A DNA stretch of 64,000 nt from Phyllobates terribilis (Eukaryota), in assembly GCF_046119375.1 (NCBI RefSeq), contig NW_027362763.1, forward strand, positions 653,976,001 to 654,040,000, read 5' to 3'. Positions 35,839 through 48,388 of this stretch are shown in pieces. Made by a program: the position numbers and the translations under genes. Every line of letters starts with the position of its first letter. Positions within the stretch are counted from its first letter, which is position 1. The notes beneath the pieces are model-generated. The model was not told the DNA's origin, did no database searches, and saw only the letters and a list, made by a program, of their open reading frames with translations.

Positions 35839-38800
35839 TTATGTTACTCTGCTGTCATTTGGTGGTGATGAGAAGTCTGGCCCAATCCAGCCCTTGTTCA
35901 TTTTGATAAGGGTCAGCTTGTCAGCATTGTCAGTTGACAGGCGAGTGCGCTTATCAGTTATAATTCCCCCAGCGGAACTAAAAACACGCTCCGATAACAC
36001 GCTAGCGGCAGGGCAGGCCAGGACCTCCAAGGCGTACAGAGCGAGTTCATTCCAAGTGTCCAGCTTGGATACCCAATAATTAAAAGGCACAGAGGAATCA
36101 CGGAGGACGCTGGTACAGTCGGCAAGGTACTCCATCACCATCTTTTGAAACTTTCCACTCTTTGTGAGAGTACCCCGCGCCTCAGGGCCTGTAAGCTGGG
36201 CGGGTGTCAGAAAACTGTCCCAGAACGTTGACAGTGTTCCCCTGCCTCTGCTGGATTGGAGTTGCATCTCTCTCGCCTGTACGCCTTGGTTGGGCAACGA
36301 ACTGTGACCTCTGCCGCTAGCGTGTTCAGATGGGAATTTTTTTAAGAGTTCTGCAGCAAGGGCCTTCTGGTACTGCCCCATTTTTGTAGACCTCTCCACC
36401 TCAGGAATAAGAGAGTGAAAGTTCTCCTTGTAGCGGGGGTCTACAAGTGTCACCAACCAGTAATGACTGTCACCCAACATTTTGACAACACGAGGGTCAC
36501 GGTTAAGGCAGCGAAACATAAAGTCAGCCATACGTGCCAGACTGGTAACGGGCAAGATTTCCATGTCCTCACCAAGATGACGACTGACCATGCTCTCCTC
36601 CTCCTCCTCTTCCTCCTCCCCCCTGTCCTCAGGCCACCCACGCTGAACCGACGGTATGACACTTGTACAGGTACTACCGTCTACAACGCATGATAGCAGC
36701 TCCTGTTCTTCCTCCTCCTCCTCTCCCTCATTGTCCCCCAATGCACGTTGGGATGAGATGAGGCTGGGCTGTGTGTAATCGCCCGCTACGGCTTCTTGAT
36801 CCATCTCATCATACTCTGGCTGCAATGCCTCATCTTTACTTCTCTGCAGAGAGCGTTGCAAAAGACAGACAAGTGGGATGCTGACACTAATGATGGCGTC
36901 ATCGCCACTCACCATCTTGGTGGCCTCCTCAAAGTTTGTCAGGATGGTACATATGTCAGACATCCAGGTCCACTCCTGAGGTCTTATGTGTGGAGTCTGA
37001 CCAGAATATCGACGGCCTTGTTGCAGCTGGTACTCCACAACTGCTCTCTTCTGCTCACAAATCCTTTGCAACATGTGGAGGGTAGAGTTCCAACGTGTGG
37101 GGACATCACACACCAGTCGGTGTGCCGGAAGCTGCAAACGCTGCTGCAACACAGCAAGGGCGGCGGAAGCTGTAGCCGACTTGCGAAAATGAGCTGACAG
37201 GCGGCGTACTTTCACGAGCAGATCTGGCAACTCGGGGTACGATTTAAGAAACCGCTGAACCACGAGGTTAAGCACATGAGCCAGGCATGGTATGTGTGTG
37301 ATCTCACCTCGCCTCAGAGCCGCCACCAGGTTACGGCCATTGTCACACACGACCATGCCGGGATGTAGGTTCAGCGGTCTCAGCCACAGATCTGCCTGCT
37401 CTTTCACAGCTGTCCACAACTCACAAGCAGTGTGAGGTTTATCACCTAAGCTTATGAGTTTCAGCACAGCCTGTTGCCGCTTGGCGGAGGCAGTACTGCA
37501 ATGCTTCCAGCTTGTAACTAATGTGGTGATATCTGAGATGGAGGCTGAACATGAGGAGGAGGATGCGCAGGAGCTGTACACTGTGGGGGCAACTCTGACT
37601 GACATAGGGCCCACAATCCTCGGTGTGGGGAGGATGTGTTCCGTCCCAAGGTCCGACTGGGTCCCGGCTTCCACTATGTTTACTCAGTGTGCCGTCAGAG
37701 AGATGTACCGTCCCTGGCCACAAGCACTTGCCCACGTGTCCGTTGTCAGGTGGACTCTCCCAGTAACTGCGTTGTTGAGGGCACGGCAGATGCTTGGGGA
37801 CACGTGCTTGTGTAGTGCGGGGATGGCACACCGGGCAAAATAGTGTCGGCTGGGGACCGAGTACCGAGGGACGGCCACCGCCATAAGATTGCGGAAGGAT
37901 TCCATTTCCACCAGCCTAAAAGGCAGCATTTCCAATGCAAGCAGTCGTGAAATGTGCGAATTTAGGACTGTGGCCTGTGGGGCGTTAGCTGCGAATTTCC
38001 GCTTTCGTTCAAAGGTCTGGGATATGGACAATTGAACGCTGCGGTGGGACGTGGACGTTGATGCTGTTTCTTGAGAAACTGCCATAACAAGTGAAGACTG
38101 AGAGGAGGGGGCATCTTTACATGCAGTATGGACAGGGGATTGCCTTGCACACACAATAGGGGGTTCTATTGCACGCACAACAGTGGAAGAAGCAGTGGTG
38201 ACACCCGCTGACACTGGTCGTGGACCCTGGGTTTCGCCCCACAAAGTCGGGTGCTTTGCTGCCATGTGCCTGATCATGCTGGTGGTGGTCAGGCTGGTAG
38301 TTTTGTCACCCCTGCTGATGCTGGCATGGCAGGTGGAACATATGGCCTTTTTGGGGTTATCAGCAGAGTCTTTAAAAAAATTCCAGACTCTGGAAGACCT
38401 ACCGCTTGTACTGGCAACGTCCCTCGTGTTGGTGTTACGGGGAACGGTTGCCTGCCTTCTGTCTGCGGCCACCACACTGCTTCTTCCTGCCTGTTGGGGT
38501 ACTCTGCCTACCTCCCCCTGTGTGCTGCTGGCCTCACTCTGCATGTCCTCCTTCCACGTTGGGTCAGTTACTAGATCATCCACCACCTCCTCCTCTTCCA
38601 CTTGCGCACCACGATCCTCCTCCTCACTTCCTGGCAATTGTGTCTCGTCATCGTCCACCTCTTGTGACAGATTGCCAACGTCGACTTCCTGTGGCCGTGG
38701 CTGTTCAAATATTTGGGCATCGCAACATGGGATCTCCTCTTCCACCACTTCAAGCGTATCAGGCGAGGGGCCCAAATTTGGAAATGGACCAGTGAACAGC

Positions 38801-39177
38801 TCTTCAGAGTGTCCAAGTGTGGGATCACTTGTTGTCTGACGACACTCGGCATGGTGGGAGGAAGGAGCATCAGGGTGAGGAGTATGCGGTCGAGACTCAC
38901 GGCTACTAAGAGTTGACCGTGTGGAAGACAGACTGGAGGTGGTGGTGCCCAGGTAACTGGAAGTATTATCTGCTATCCAATTAATAACCTGTTCACACTG
39001 ATCAGTTCTCAATACTGGTGTTGTAGTGTGCTTCCCTAGTAATTCGGTCAAGAAGTGGGAGCGAGAAGATGTGGCTGTTAGTTGTGGCACATTTTCACCT
39101 TGGCCACGGCCCCGTCCTCTGCACGAACCATCACCAGAACGTCCACTTCCACGTCCCTTGCCATGCGCCTTGCCCAT
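35839..39177 (-). pseudogene. hAT transposase (BED zinc finger, RNase H-like core, hATC dimerisation domain), 1112 codons with a single premature TGA at 37684-37686
   Basis: VWNFF...CSTC...MIRHMAAKHP; LTTDTW; VCDNGRNL; CLAHVLNL; TRWNST; PAASVLSERVFS. ORFs 37684-39177 and 35839-37674 are in the same frame (H*VNIVEAG). Confidence 0.95.
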
Positions 39178-39245
39178 TGTAAATGAAGTAAAATAGCTTA
39201 CACTTGCACTATCAATGGAAAAAGGGTAATAAAGAGTAGATTAGA

Positions 39246-40650
39246 ACCGTGGAAGAGGAAAACCACAGTTATTGTTTACTGGGGTATACCACACTTTTTT
39301 AAATAGAGATATTTGCGGCTGAACAGTGAGCGACACACTCAAACTGCTTTTTTTTTAGATACCAAAGGCCCAAAACTGCATAGTACAGCGATTTGACCCG
39401 TGGAACTGCGAAACCACACTGGGATGTCGGGCCTACACAAGACTATTTTCAACAGATATATTTTTGTGTCACAACAGTCAGGAGACACTACTGTTTTTCT
39501 TTACGGAAAAAACTACCAAAAGCTGAATAATAGAGATTTTTTACCGTGGGATGGCAAAACCACAGTTATTGTTTACTGGGGTATACCACACTTTTTTAAA
39601 TAGAGATATTTGCGGCTGAACAGTGAGCGACACACTCAAACTGCTTTTTTTTTTAGATACCAAAGGCCCAAAACTGGATAGTACAGCGATTTGACCCATG
39701 GAACAGCGAAACCACACTAGGATGTCGGGCCTACACAAGACTATTTTCAACAGATATATTTTTGTGTCACAACAGTCAGGAGACACTACTGTTTTTCTTT
39801 ACGGAAAATATACCAAAACCTGAATAATAGAGATTTTTTACCGTGGGATGGCAAAACCACAGTTATTGTTTACTGGGGTATACCACACTTTTTTAAATAG
39901 AGATATTTGCGGCTGAACAGTGAGCGACACACTCAAACTGCTTTTTTTTTTTAGATACCAAAGGCCCAAAACTGGATAGTACAGCGATTTGACCCATGGA
40001 ACAGCGAAACCACACTGGGATGTCGGGCCTACACAAGACTATTTTCAACAGATATATTTTTGTGTCACAACAGTCAGGAGACACTACTGTTTTTCTTTAC
40101 GGAAAATATACCAAAACCTGAATAATAGAGATTTTTTTACCGTGGGATGGCAAAACCACAGTTATTGTTTACTGGGGTATACCACACTTTTTTAAATAGA
40201 GATATTTGCGGCTGAACAGTGAGCGACACACTCAAACTGCTTTTTTTTTAGATACCAAAGGCCCAAAACTAGATAGTACAGCGATTTGACCCATGGAACT
40301 GCGAAACCACACTGGGATGTCGGGCCTACACAAGACTATTTTCAACAAATATATTTTTGTGTCACAACAGTCAGGAGACACTACTGTTTTTCTTTACGGA
40401 AAATATACCAAAACCTGAATAATAGAGATTTTTTACCGTGGGATGGCAAAACCACAGTTATTGTTTACTGGTGTATACCAGACTTTTTTAAATAGATATA
40501 TTTGCGGCTGAACAGTGAGCGACACACTCAAACTGTTTTTTTTTTTAGATACAAATGGCCCAAAATGGATAATACAGAGGTTTGAACCGTGGAAGTGCAA
40601 AACAACACTTCTGTTTCTCTAGCCTACACCAGACTATTTTCAACAGTTAT
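39246..40650. repeat. ~297-bp tandem repeat (~4.7 copies) upstream of the hAT transposase
   Basis: accgtgg starts at 39246, 39543, 39840, ~40139 and 40435. Confidence 0.95.
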
Positions 40651-41337
40651 ATTTGTGTCTGAAAAATCAGAGACACGCTTTTTTTTTTGGGGGGGGGGGG
40701 GGACACACCAAAAGGTTAATAAGACGGGTATTTGTACAGTGTGAAGGAGGAAAAAAAAAGGAGGATTTAGATGAAAAAAAAAGGATTTTTCCTGGCCCCC
40801 GACACCTGGTGCTAAGTCCAGCAATTTCAGCAACAGGAGCAGCACACAGGACTGTAATGCAGCGTTTGCTGGTATAACCACTGTGTCTCCTATACAGCCT
40901 GCCTGCCTGGTATCTGGGATGGATATTAGTCCTGAAAAGGACTGTTTGTTTGATCTGGCAGCCTTTACAGACCCTACACTAACTATTTCGCAGTTTATAT
41001 CTCTCCCTAAATCAGCAGCGCTGTCCCTACACAGTCTAATCCGGAGCGACTGTGTCCAAGATGGCGGCGCCCGGTTTTAAATACTCGAGGTGACGCTGTG
41101 CGGCCAGCCAATCACTGTAATGCCCACAAACAACATGGCTGCGGCATTACAGTGACTGGCTGGCAATCCCTGCATGTTCATTGGCTCTGTAAAGAGCGTC
41201 AAACATGCAGGGCAGAGACCCGAGCTCCCGCCCGAGTAACCCGGAAATGCTCGGTGCTCGCCGAACATCTCGAGTAGCGTGATGCTCGGGCGAGTACCGA
41301 GCAGTGTCGAGCATGTTCGCTCAACACTAGTAGGGAT

Positions 41338-41720
41338 GCATTCCGGGGGGATAGCTGAACAGTTGGGTGTCACCTTGACCATGACCTTTCAGAATAGACT
41401 CGCCCTTGACATGATTCTGGCAGAGAGGGGAGGGGTCTGTAAGATGGTTGCGGCATCACGCTGTACCTTTATTCCCAACAACACTGCTCCGGATGGTAGC
41501 ATAATTAAAGCCCTGAGAGGAATCGATGACCCCCCTGCCCAACGAATTAGCTGAAAACTCAGGTATTAACAACCCCTTCAGCAAGTGGTTAGAAAACACG
41601 TTTGGTAAATGAAGATCCCTTCTTAGTAACATAGCGTGTACTTTAGTGATAGTTCTGATGGCCATTGCGGTACTTGGTTGCTGCCTCATACCGTGTTCAG
41701 GGCATTGTTTCAAGAGCTAT
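41338..41720 (+). pseudogene. env: ERV env 3' part (TM: immunosuppressive domain, membrane anchor)
   Basis: AFRGIAEQLG...FQNRLALDMILAERGGVCKMVAASRCTFIPNNTAPDG; hydrophobic LVIVLMAIAVLGCCLIPC. It continues F-S-R-D across the hAT TSD. Confidence 0.9.
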
Positions 41721-42212
41721 ATACAAAGCCACTGAGACATGATGCCATACAAAGCCACAGAGACATGATGCTGGACTGCACCCTGTGTTAGTGAGAGTAC
41801 TATGACCAACTGTTGGATGCTGACTCTGACCAGCACATGAATGTGCACCAATATAGTTTCATTGATTGCTGCAGTTTGTGTGTGTGTCCATCTGATGGTG
41901 TGACAGGCAGGCCGAAGAGGAGAATCCGGTGAAGTGGTGGTGTAGGAAATCCGGCTTCTTCTATTAGTGGAGGAGAATGTATCTGGGGGAGTCTGTAGGT
42001 GTGCACTTCGGCTGGAACATCCACCCACTTTCACAATAGAAGGGAATTGCGAGAGCAGCATTTATTTATCCATTTTAATTCCACTTTAGATGTGTCTACT
42101 TGCATCTCCTGCTTTATGAAATGGAGACTGACTGTTTGTGCGTAGATTAGAAGTCACTTTCATTACTTTGTCTAATGAAACTTAGAGATAACACATAGTA
42201 AAGTGAAAGTTA

Positions 42213-43068
42213 GGCTGAGTTCACACGATGCGTTTTTCATGCGTTTCCGCGGCGTTTTTGCAGTTGCGTAAACGCCGCGGAAACGCATGAAAAACGCATG
42301 GTAGAAGGGCAGCAATGTTCCCCAATGGAAATCCGCATGTGCTGTGCCCATGATGCGGATTTTTCCGCAGCGTAAACGCTGCGGTCAAAAATCCGCAGCA
42401 TGTCAATTAATTTTGCGGAAACGCTGCTCTTTTGCCACCATTGACTTGCATTAGACCGCATGGAATCCGCATCACTGTATATGTTGATGCGCTTTTCATG
42501 CGGTCTAATGTGCGGATGGTACCCGGGTGTGGATGAGAGGACTCTCATCCAGACCCAGGTACCAAAAGAATAAAATAAAAAATATATATATTCTCACCTT
42601 CTGACGGCCCGCGCTGCGTCCTGCCGGCTTCCCGGGCACTTCGCGTTTGAATGAAGAAGGACCTTCGCTGACGTCAGAGTCATGTGACGGGTCACGTGAC
42701 GCTGACGTCGGAAGGTCCTAAAGTCTTCACTGCCGGCAGCCGGGACCGATGAAGCAGGACACCGGGGGCCATCAGAGGGTAAAGTATAGATTTATTTTTT
42801 ATTTTTTGACATCACACACTATATAAATCCATGCCGGTTGCATGGATTTATATAGTGTGAAGTTGACAAGCACTTTCCAAGTGATGCTAAAATCGCTTGG
42901 GAAGCGCTTGTCAACCCGCATGCGGAAATGAAAGTGAAGACCGCTTCATTTCCGCATGTCCCTGGCAGGAAACCGCATGTACAATCCGCATGCGTTTTTT
43001 CCTGCCAGAGAGATGCAGAAACGCTCAGGAAAAAATCCTGAGCATTTCTGCATCGTGTGCACATACCC
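42213..43068. mobile_element. PIF/Harbinger-type MITE
   Basis: TTA TSD (42210-12, 43069-71). Imperfect TIRs GGCTGAGTTCACACGATGC / GCATCGTGTGCACATACCC, with internal AAACGC/GCGTTT repeats. Confidence 0.85.
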
Positions 43069-43201
43069 TTAAGAAATAAGTACCACACCTAGACCCTTAA
43101 GATGGGTGTAGATAATATTAACTTTAGCCAATGAGATGTATATATGTTAATACCAGCACGTATGTAAAGATAACCTAAGCCAATTATATTATTACAATGT
43201 A

Positions 43202-44724
43202 CAGTACAGACCAAAAGTTTGGACACACCTTCTCATTTAAAGATTTTTCTGTATTTTCATGACTATGAAAATTGTACATTCACACTGAAGGCATCAAAAC
43301 TATGAATTACCACATGTGGAATTATATACTTAACAAAAAAGTGTGAAACAACTGAAAATATGTCTTATATTCTAGGTTCTTCACAGTAGCCACCTTTTGC
43401 TTTGATGACTGCTTTGCACAATCATGGCATTCTCTTGATGAGCTTCAAGAGGTAGTCACCGGAAATGGTTTTCACTTCACAGGTGTGCCCTGTCAGGTTT
43501 AATAAGTGGGATTTCTTGCCTTATAAATGTGGTTGGGACCATCAGTTGTGTTGTGCAGAAGTCAGGTGGATACACAGCTGATAGTCCTACTGAATAGACT
43601 GTTAGAATTTGTATTATGGCAAGAAAAAAGCAGCTAAGTAAAGAAAAACGAGTGGCCATCATTACTTTAAGAAATGAAGGTCAGTCACTCTGAAAAATTG
43701 GGCAAACTTTGAAAGTGTCCCCAAGTGCAGTTGCAAAAACCATCAAGCGCTACAAAGAAACTGGCTCACATGAGGACCACCCCAGGAAAGGAAGACCAAG
43801 AGTCACCTCTGCTTCTGAGGATAAGTTTATCCGAGTCACCAGCCTCAGAAATCGCAGGTTAACAGAAGCTCAGATTAGAGACCAGGTCAATGCCACACAG
43901 AGTTCTAGCAGCAGACACATCTCTACAACAACTGTTAAGAGGAGACTTTGTGCAGCAGGCTTTCTTGGTAAAATAGCTGCTAGGAAACCACTGCTAAGGA
44001 CAGGCAACAAGCAGAAGAGACTTGTTTGGGCTAAAGAACACAAGGAATGGACATTAGACCAGTGGAAATCTGTGCTTTGGTCTGATAAGTCCAAATTTGA
44101 GATCTTTGGTTCCAACCACCGTGTCTTTGTGCGACGCAGAAAAGGTGAACGGATGGACTCTACATGCCTGGTTCCCACCGTAAAGCATGGAGGAGGAGGT
44201 GTGATGGTGTGGGGGTGCTTTGCTGGTGACACTGTTGGGGATTTATTCAAAATTGAAGGCATACTGTACCAGCATGGCTACCACAGCATCTTGCAGCGGC
44301 ATGCTATTCCATCCGGTTTGCGTTTAGTTGGACCATCATTTATTTTTCAACAGGACAATGACCCCAGATTCACCTCCAGGCTGTGTAAGGGCAGAGTGAA
44401 GGCAAAAGGGCCAACAAGTGCTAAGCATCTCTGGGAACTCCTTCAAGATTGTTGGAAGACCATTTCCGGTGACTACCTCTTGAAGCTCATCAAGAAAATG
44501 CCAAGAGTGTGTAAAGCAGTCATCAAAGCAAAAGGTGGCTAATTTGAAGAACCTAGAATATAAGACATATTTTCAGTTGTTTCACACTTTTTTGTTAAGC
44601 ATATAATTACACGTGTTAATTCATAGTTTTGATGCCTTCAGTGTGAATGTACAATTTTCATAGTCATGAAAATACAGAAAAGTCTTTAAATGAGAAGGTG
44701 TGTCCAAACTTTTGGGCTGTACTG
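43202..44724 (+). mobile_element. Tc1 transposon with long TIRs
   Basis: TA|CAGTACAGACCAAAAGTTTGGACACACCTTCTCATT ... AATGAGAAGGTGTGTCCAAACTTTTGGGCTGTACTG|TA, with ~200-bp inverted ends. Confidence 0.96.
43616..44542 (+). pseudogene. Tc1 transposase with a premature TGA (43691) and an in-frame deletion of the SPDLNPIE segment
   Basis: MARKKQLSKEKR...VLWSDKSKF...KHGGGGVMVWGCF...FQQDNDP...SRLCKG|RVKAKGPTS. The catalytic Glu region is absent. Confidence 0.92.
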
Positions 44725-44798
44725 TACGTCCAAAAATGCCTATACAAGAGAGTGACTGTCAGGGAGCGATAGAGACGACACCGGCGAGGTCACACAAT

Positions 44799-44816
44799 AT
44801 CCCACCGCTGCCACCA
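44799..44816 (-). other. Perfect 18-nt tRNA-Leu primer-binding-site sequence lying inside the 3' LTR
   Basis: TGGTGGCAGCGGTGGGAT is complementary to the vertebrate tRNA-Leu(AAG/TAG) 3' end ...AUCCCACCGCUGCCACCA. Confidence 0.85.
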
Positions 44817-46769
44817 ATTTGTCAGGGCTTCACATCGACGACACCGGCGAGATCACACAATTTCTCACGGCTGCCGTCACTCTATCAGAATTGAACAGGG
44901 ATTCTCGCACACACGATCCCGATTACTCACTTCGTAGCTATCGGCAAGCGAGCAGAAAGCGTATGGCATACACACCTCCGGATTCCAACGCATGGAATAT
45001 GTGTATACGTCCCTGTGCGGTTACTGCCAGCTTCACGATGGCCCAATTATTATTAGTCGCTGCCACCACCAACCCAATTTGAAATATAATACAGGTAAGG
45101 TCGGACACCTGCTGGTAGCGTATGGCTTCGGGGGAGGGAGCGGTTACAGAACAAAGTAAACCGGACTATTAAATTTTATATTTAATCCAAAAGGGAGGAA
45201 GTGTTTATGAAAAATATACAAAAGGTTTTACAAATGGACATTTACAGTACAGGATATACAGTTACACAAAATAAACAGGATTAAAGACGAAACTTAGTTT
45301 AAAGATCGCAGAGACGACTCAGTATAGTTGGAGGGGAGCTCTTCTATGACCGTTCAGTGAAAGTGACTCCTAGCTTATGAAACATAAAACTCCTGGCAAT
45401 GAGCACTGACTCCCCCTTCGGCTGTGTCTTTCATGCCGAAGGGAGAGACCTGCCCACACACCCCTGTGATGACCTCACGTGGGCTGGGCTCCAGCTTTCA
45501 TATTTTTATTAGCATATCTGGTTTCTGCGATAATTTCTCACTGGTTGATCCCAGAAGCCCAAAAGGGATACCATATTTTTCATTATGAATTTACCTTTCT
45601 CCAGAGACCACACATGATACTGCTGCGGTCTGTCATTCTGTACTTTTGCGTTACCGCTTCCCGGAGGGGCGTACAGCTACGGAAAATTATCCATATTGTT
45701 CCTTGGCAGACTCTGCCACTAGAAATATGGGTCCCATGGAACTTCAGATATTCTATATTTTGCGCCAGTGCCAGCTAGACTAAATATTTCAGTTGAATTT
45801 TTCTGAATGTCTGGGAATACAACCTTATCACCTAGATGTAGATTTATCGCAAGTCTGTGTCACTGGAAAACACACTTGCATGTTAATTGGGTTTGCCACC
45901 TCTCTTGGTACTGGCCTCTGCCTCTTAGCTACTTCTCATGTGTGTGTTAATTTGCATAGAAGTCACTGGCCAAAGTGTCAGCTCATTAAATTGTCTGCTC
46001 TGACAAATGGTAGATAGAAGGGGGGATGAGGAGTTTCAGGGGGAGAGAGAAATCCTTAATATTTTAATAATATCTAGGATAAGGGAGAAGAAAGATTTTC
46101 AAAATTTACATGACATCTCCCCCTCTTTGAGGTAGAATAGGTGCCGATTTACCGATCACCCCTTAAGCCTACCTCGCGGCCCACCCTCACTGCTGATCCG
46201 ACAAGCCGTGGACCCAACTTGCCCACCCCTCTGACCAACTGGGGATCCAGCTTTCGGATCACCCTGACCGGTTTGGCGTACATTCTTCCCACCCCTCTGA
46301 CAGGCTATGGGTACCTTCTTCCCATACTCCTGACAGTGTGACACACCGTGCTTGTTTGTGAGGCCTACCTTCCCACACCTCATTGTTACCTGGGGGGCTG
46401 TACTAGCGATGGGGAAGTGGCGACCGGCCATGTCACAGTCCGCCGTGACACTCATCAGCGGCACGGGACCACTTCTCTTATGATCCCTGTGTTTCTCCTC
46501 ATCCTTTCCAGTTACCTCTGGAGCCGTGCTAATCATGTGGCAGCTATCCCCGACCATGTCACCATCTGGCGTGACACTGGTCATCTGCACGGGGCGACCT
46601 GCTTCCTGGTGTCCGTGCCTGCTCCCATAGCACTCATACTGGCTCGCTGTAGGAGATCCTCAGCAGCATCACCCCTCGGTGTGAGGTGGCTGAGTTCCCC
46701 TTTGCCACAACACACATTTTTTTTATGCATTACATTGACATTATTGACAGTGGCATTACATGACATATC

Positions 46770-48170
46770 AGATCTGGGGGGTTGTCTGGGATGTATTGGG
46801 CCACCGACCGTCCCAGATCAGTTCCCAATAGTACATTAGTGGGGAGATTCTTTGACACCCCCACTTCTCTCAACCGCCTCCCCGCATCCTAGTCCAGGAA
46901 AAGACGGCCCATCAGCATGGGATGGCGAATACCCCCAAACCCGGTGACAGTCAGGGTCTTCCCAGGAAGGAGTTCTTCTGGTAACATGAACTCAGGGCAG
47001 ATGAGAGTACGTTCTGCGCCAGTGTCCTTGAGGCCAACAGTAACGGTGTTGTCCACAGTAACCGGTTGTAAGTTCTCATGGGCCCTGCCGACCACCCCAC
47101 CCACAAAAAGAATGGCTGCAGTAGGCCCTGGGGCCTCAGGTGTGGTGTCCATCTTCTGCCTCTCCGGGCAGACAAGGCTGATGTGACCCGTTTGGTCACA
47201 AGTATAACACTTACGTGAGTCAAATGCAGGCAGGGTGCTGGAAGATGGGCCAGAACCCGCTGAGGGCCGGCTGGCTGGAACACTAGGGGTGGCTGTACAC
47301 TTACCCCCTTTCCAGCTGATGGCGACTGACTTCTGCACCTCTGGTGTGCGGTTGGCCTCATAGGCATCCACGATCTGGGCTGCTTTGGCGGCCTCCTTTG
47401 GCTTCCGGTCCAGCACAAACTGTCGCACTTCCACTGGGCAAAGACGAAGAAACTGATCCTTCACCATCAGATCCTTCAGGTCCTTGAAGGTGGTGACGGA
47501 CAATCCCTGGACCCACTGCTCAAAGTTGGTCCTGAGCCCGTCCACCAAATCACTGTAGCTGTCGTGTGGTCCACGCTGGAGGGCTCCGAATTTTTTCCGG
47601 TAAACCTCCGGAGTCAGCTGGTACTTTTTTATCAGGGCCTGCTTGATGGCCCCATAGTCTCCATTCTGGTTTTGAGGGAGAGAAGCAAACACTTACAGAG
47701 GTTTTCCTCTGAGCCCTGGAGTTAAGTACCTGACCCACTGGTCTTCAGGCAGCTGGTACTGTCTGCAGGCTTTTTCAAATTCTCACAGAAATATGTCCAA
47801 GTCCCCGTTTTTCCCCATTACAGGAAAATGCTCAGGACAGGGTATAAAGCAGTTGGCACTGTTGGACTCACGGGTCTGTGTGGAGGATGGCTCCTTCTGA
47901 ATCCAGGCTAGCTCCAGCTGGTACAGACGCTCCACTTGAGCCTGGCTGGCAATCATAGGTGGGACCCCGCAGCAGCACCATCCGGGTCTTGGCTAGCCGC
48001 CCCTTCATCAGGGATCTGCTGTTGGACTGGCCTTGCGGCACCTTGCAACAGTTCCGCAATCAGTTGGGCCTTGGTTTTGCCCGTGGGGTCAATCTGCCTC
48101 AGCTCACAGAGGGCAGTGATAGTGTCCTTTAACTGCTGGTGATACCAGGGCTCTCCATGCGTAGCCATCA
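46770..48170 (-). pseudogene. gag: Gypsy gag-protease remnant (SCAN-like domain, CCHC knuckle, aspartic protease)
   Basis: MMATHGEPWYHQQLKD...; DYGAIKQALIKKYQLTPEVYRKKF...DLMVKDQFL...VRQFVLDRKPK; CYTCDQTGHISLVC; LKDTGAERTLI. Frameshifted. Confidence 0.9.
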
Positions 48171-48369
48171 TTGCCAAATAAAAGATAGAACAGAAAAACA
48201 AGAGAAGGGAGGGGATGCAACTGCTACACGTATAGTAATGTCCCAGATTTAAAAAAAATTAAAACACGGAGTCCGGTTCCTTAAAACTTTGCACAGAATT
48301 CTCGCAAGAACCGTGCAAGTTTTCAGCGACAGGAATGATTGCTCAATCCAGCCACTGATGTTCTGTAAT

Positions 48370-48388
48370 ATCCCACTGCTTGCCATCA
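48370..48388 (-). other. Canonical-position PBS (degenerate) 3 nt downstream of the 5' LTR
   Basis: TGATGGCAAGCAGTGGGAT, a decayed version of the tRNA-Leu PBS. Confidence 0.75.

Larger units (their letters stand above)
31591..41329 (-). mobile_element. 9.7-kb hAT transposon inserted in env
   Basis: 13-bp TIR TAGTGTTGAGCGA at both ends and 8-bp TSD GTAGGGAT (31583-90, 41330-37). CTCGGG/CCCGAG subterminal motifs are present. Confidence 0.97.

Noticed and set aside
37684-37686. Selenocysteine or programmed readthrough of the in-frame TGA in the hAT transposase
   Set aside because: The position corresponds to an expected Trp (TGG>TGA), and I see no SECIS-like structure. A simple nonsense mutation is more likely.
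38183-38839. Long antisense ORFs over the hAT, CR1, L2, Tc1 and Gypsy ORFs
   Set aside because: These are shadow frames of the true coding strands, with no independent motifs.
41720-41775. 26-bp tandem duplication at the env 3' end, and a 13-bp duplication at the ERV 5' truncation (~29360-29385)
   Set aside because: Ordinary local slippage in decayed sequence.
44799-44816. tRNA gene or tRNA-derived SINE
   Set aside because: Only the 3' 18 nt including CCA are present, with no cloverleaf or A/B boxes. This is a PBS.
46156-46839. ORFs of 144 and 163 aa in the Gypsy internal region (possible env-like extra ORF)
   Set aside because: No signal peptide/TM or known motif. The region contains short repeats and follows a deletion of pol.
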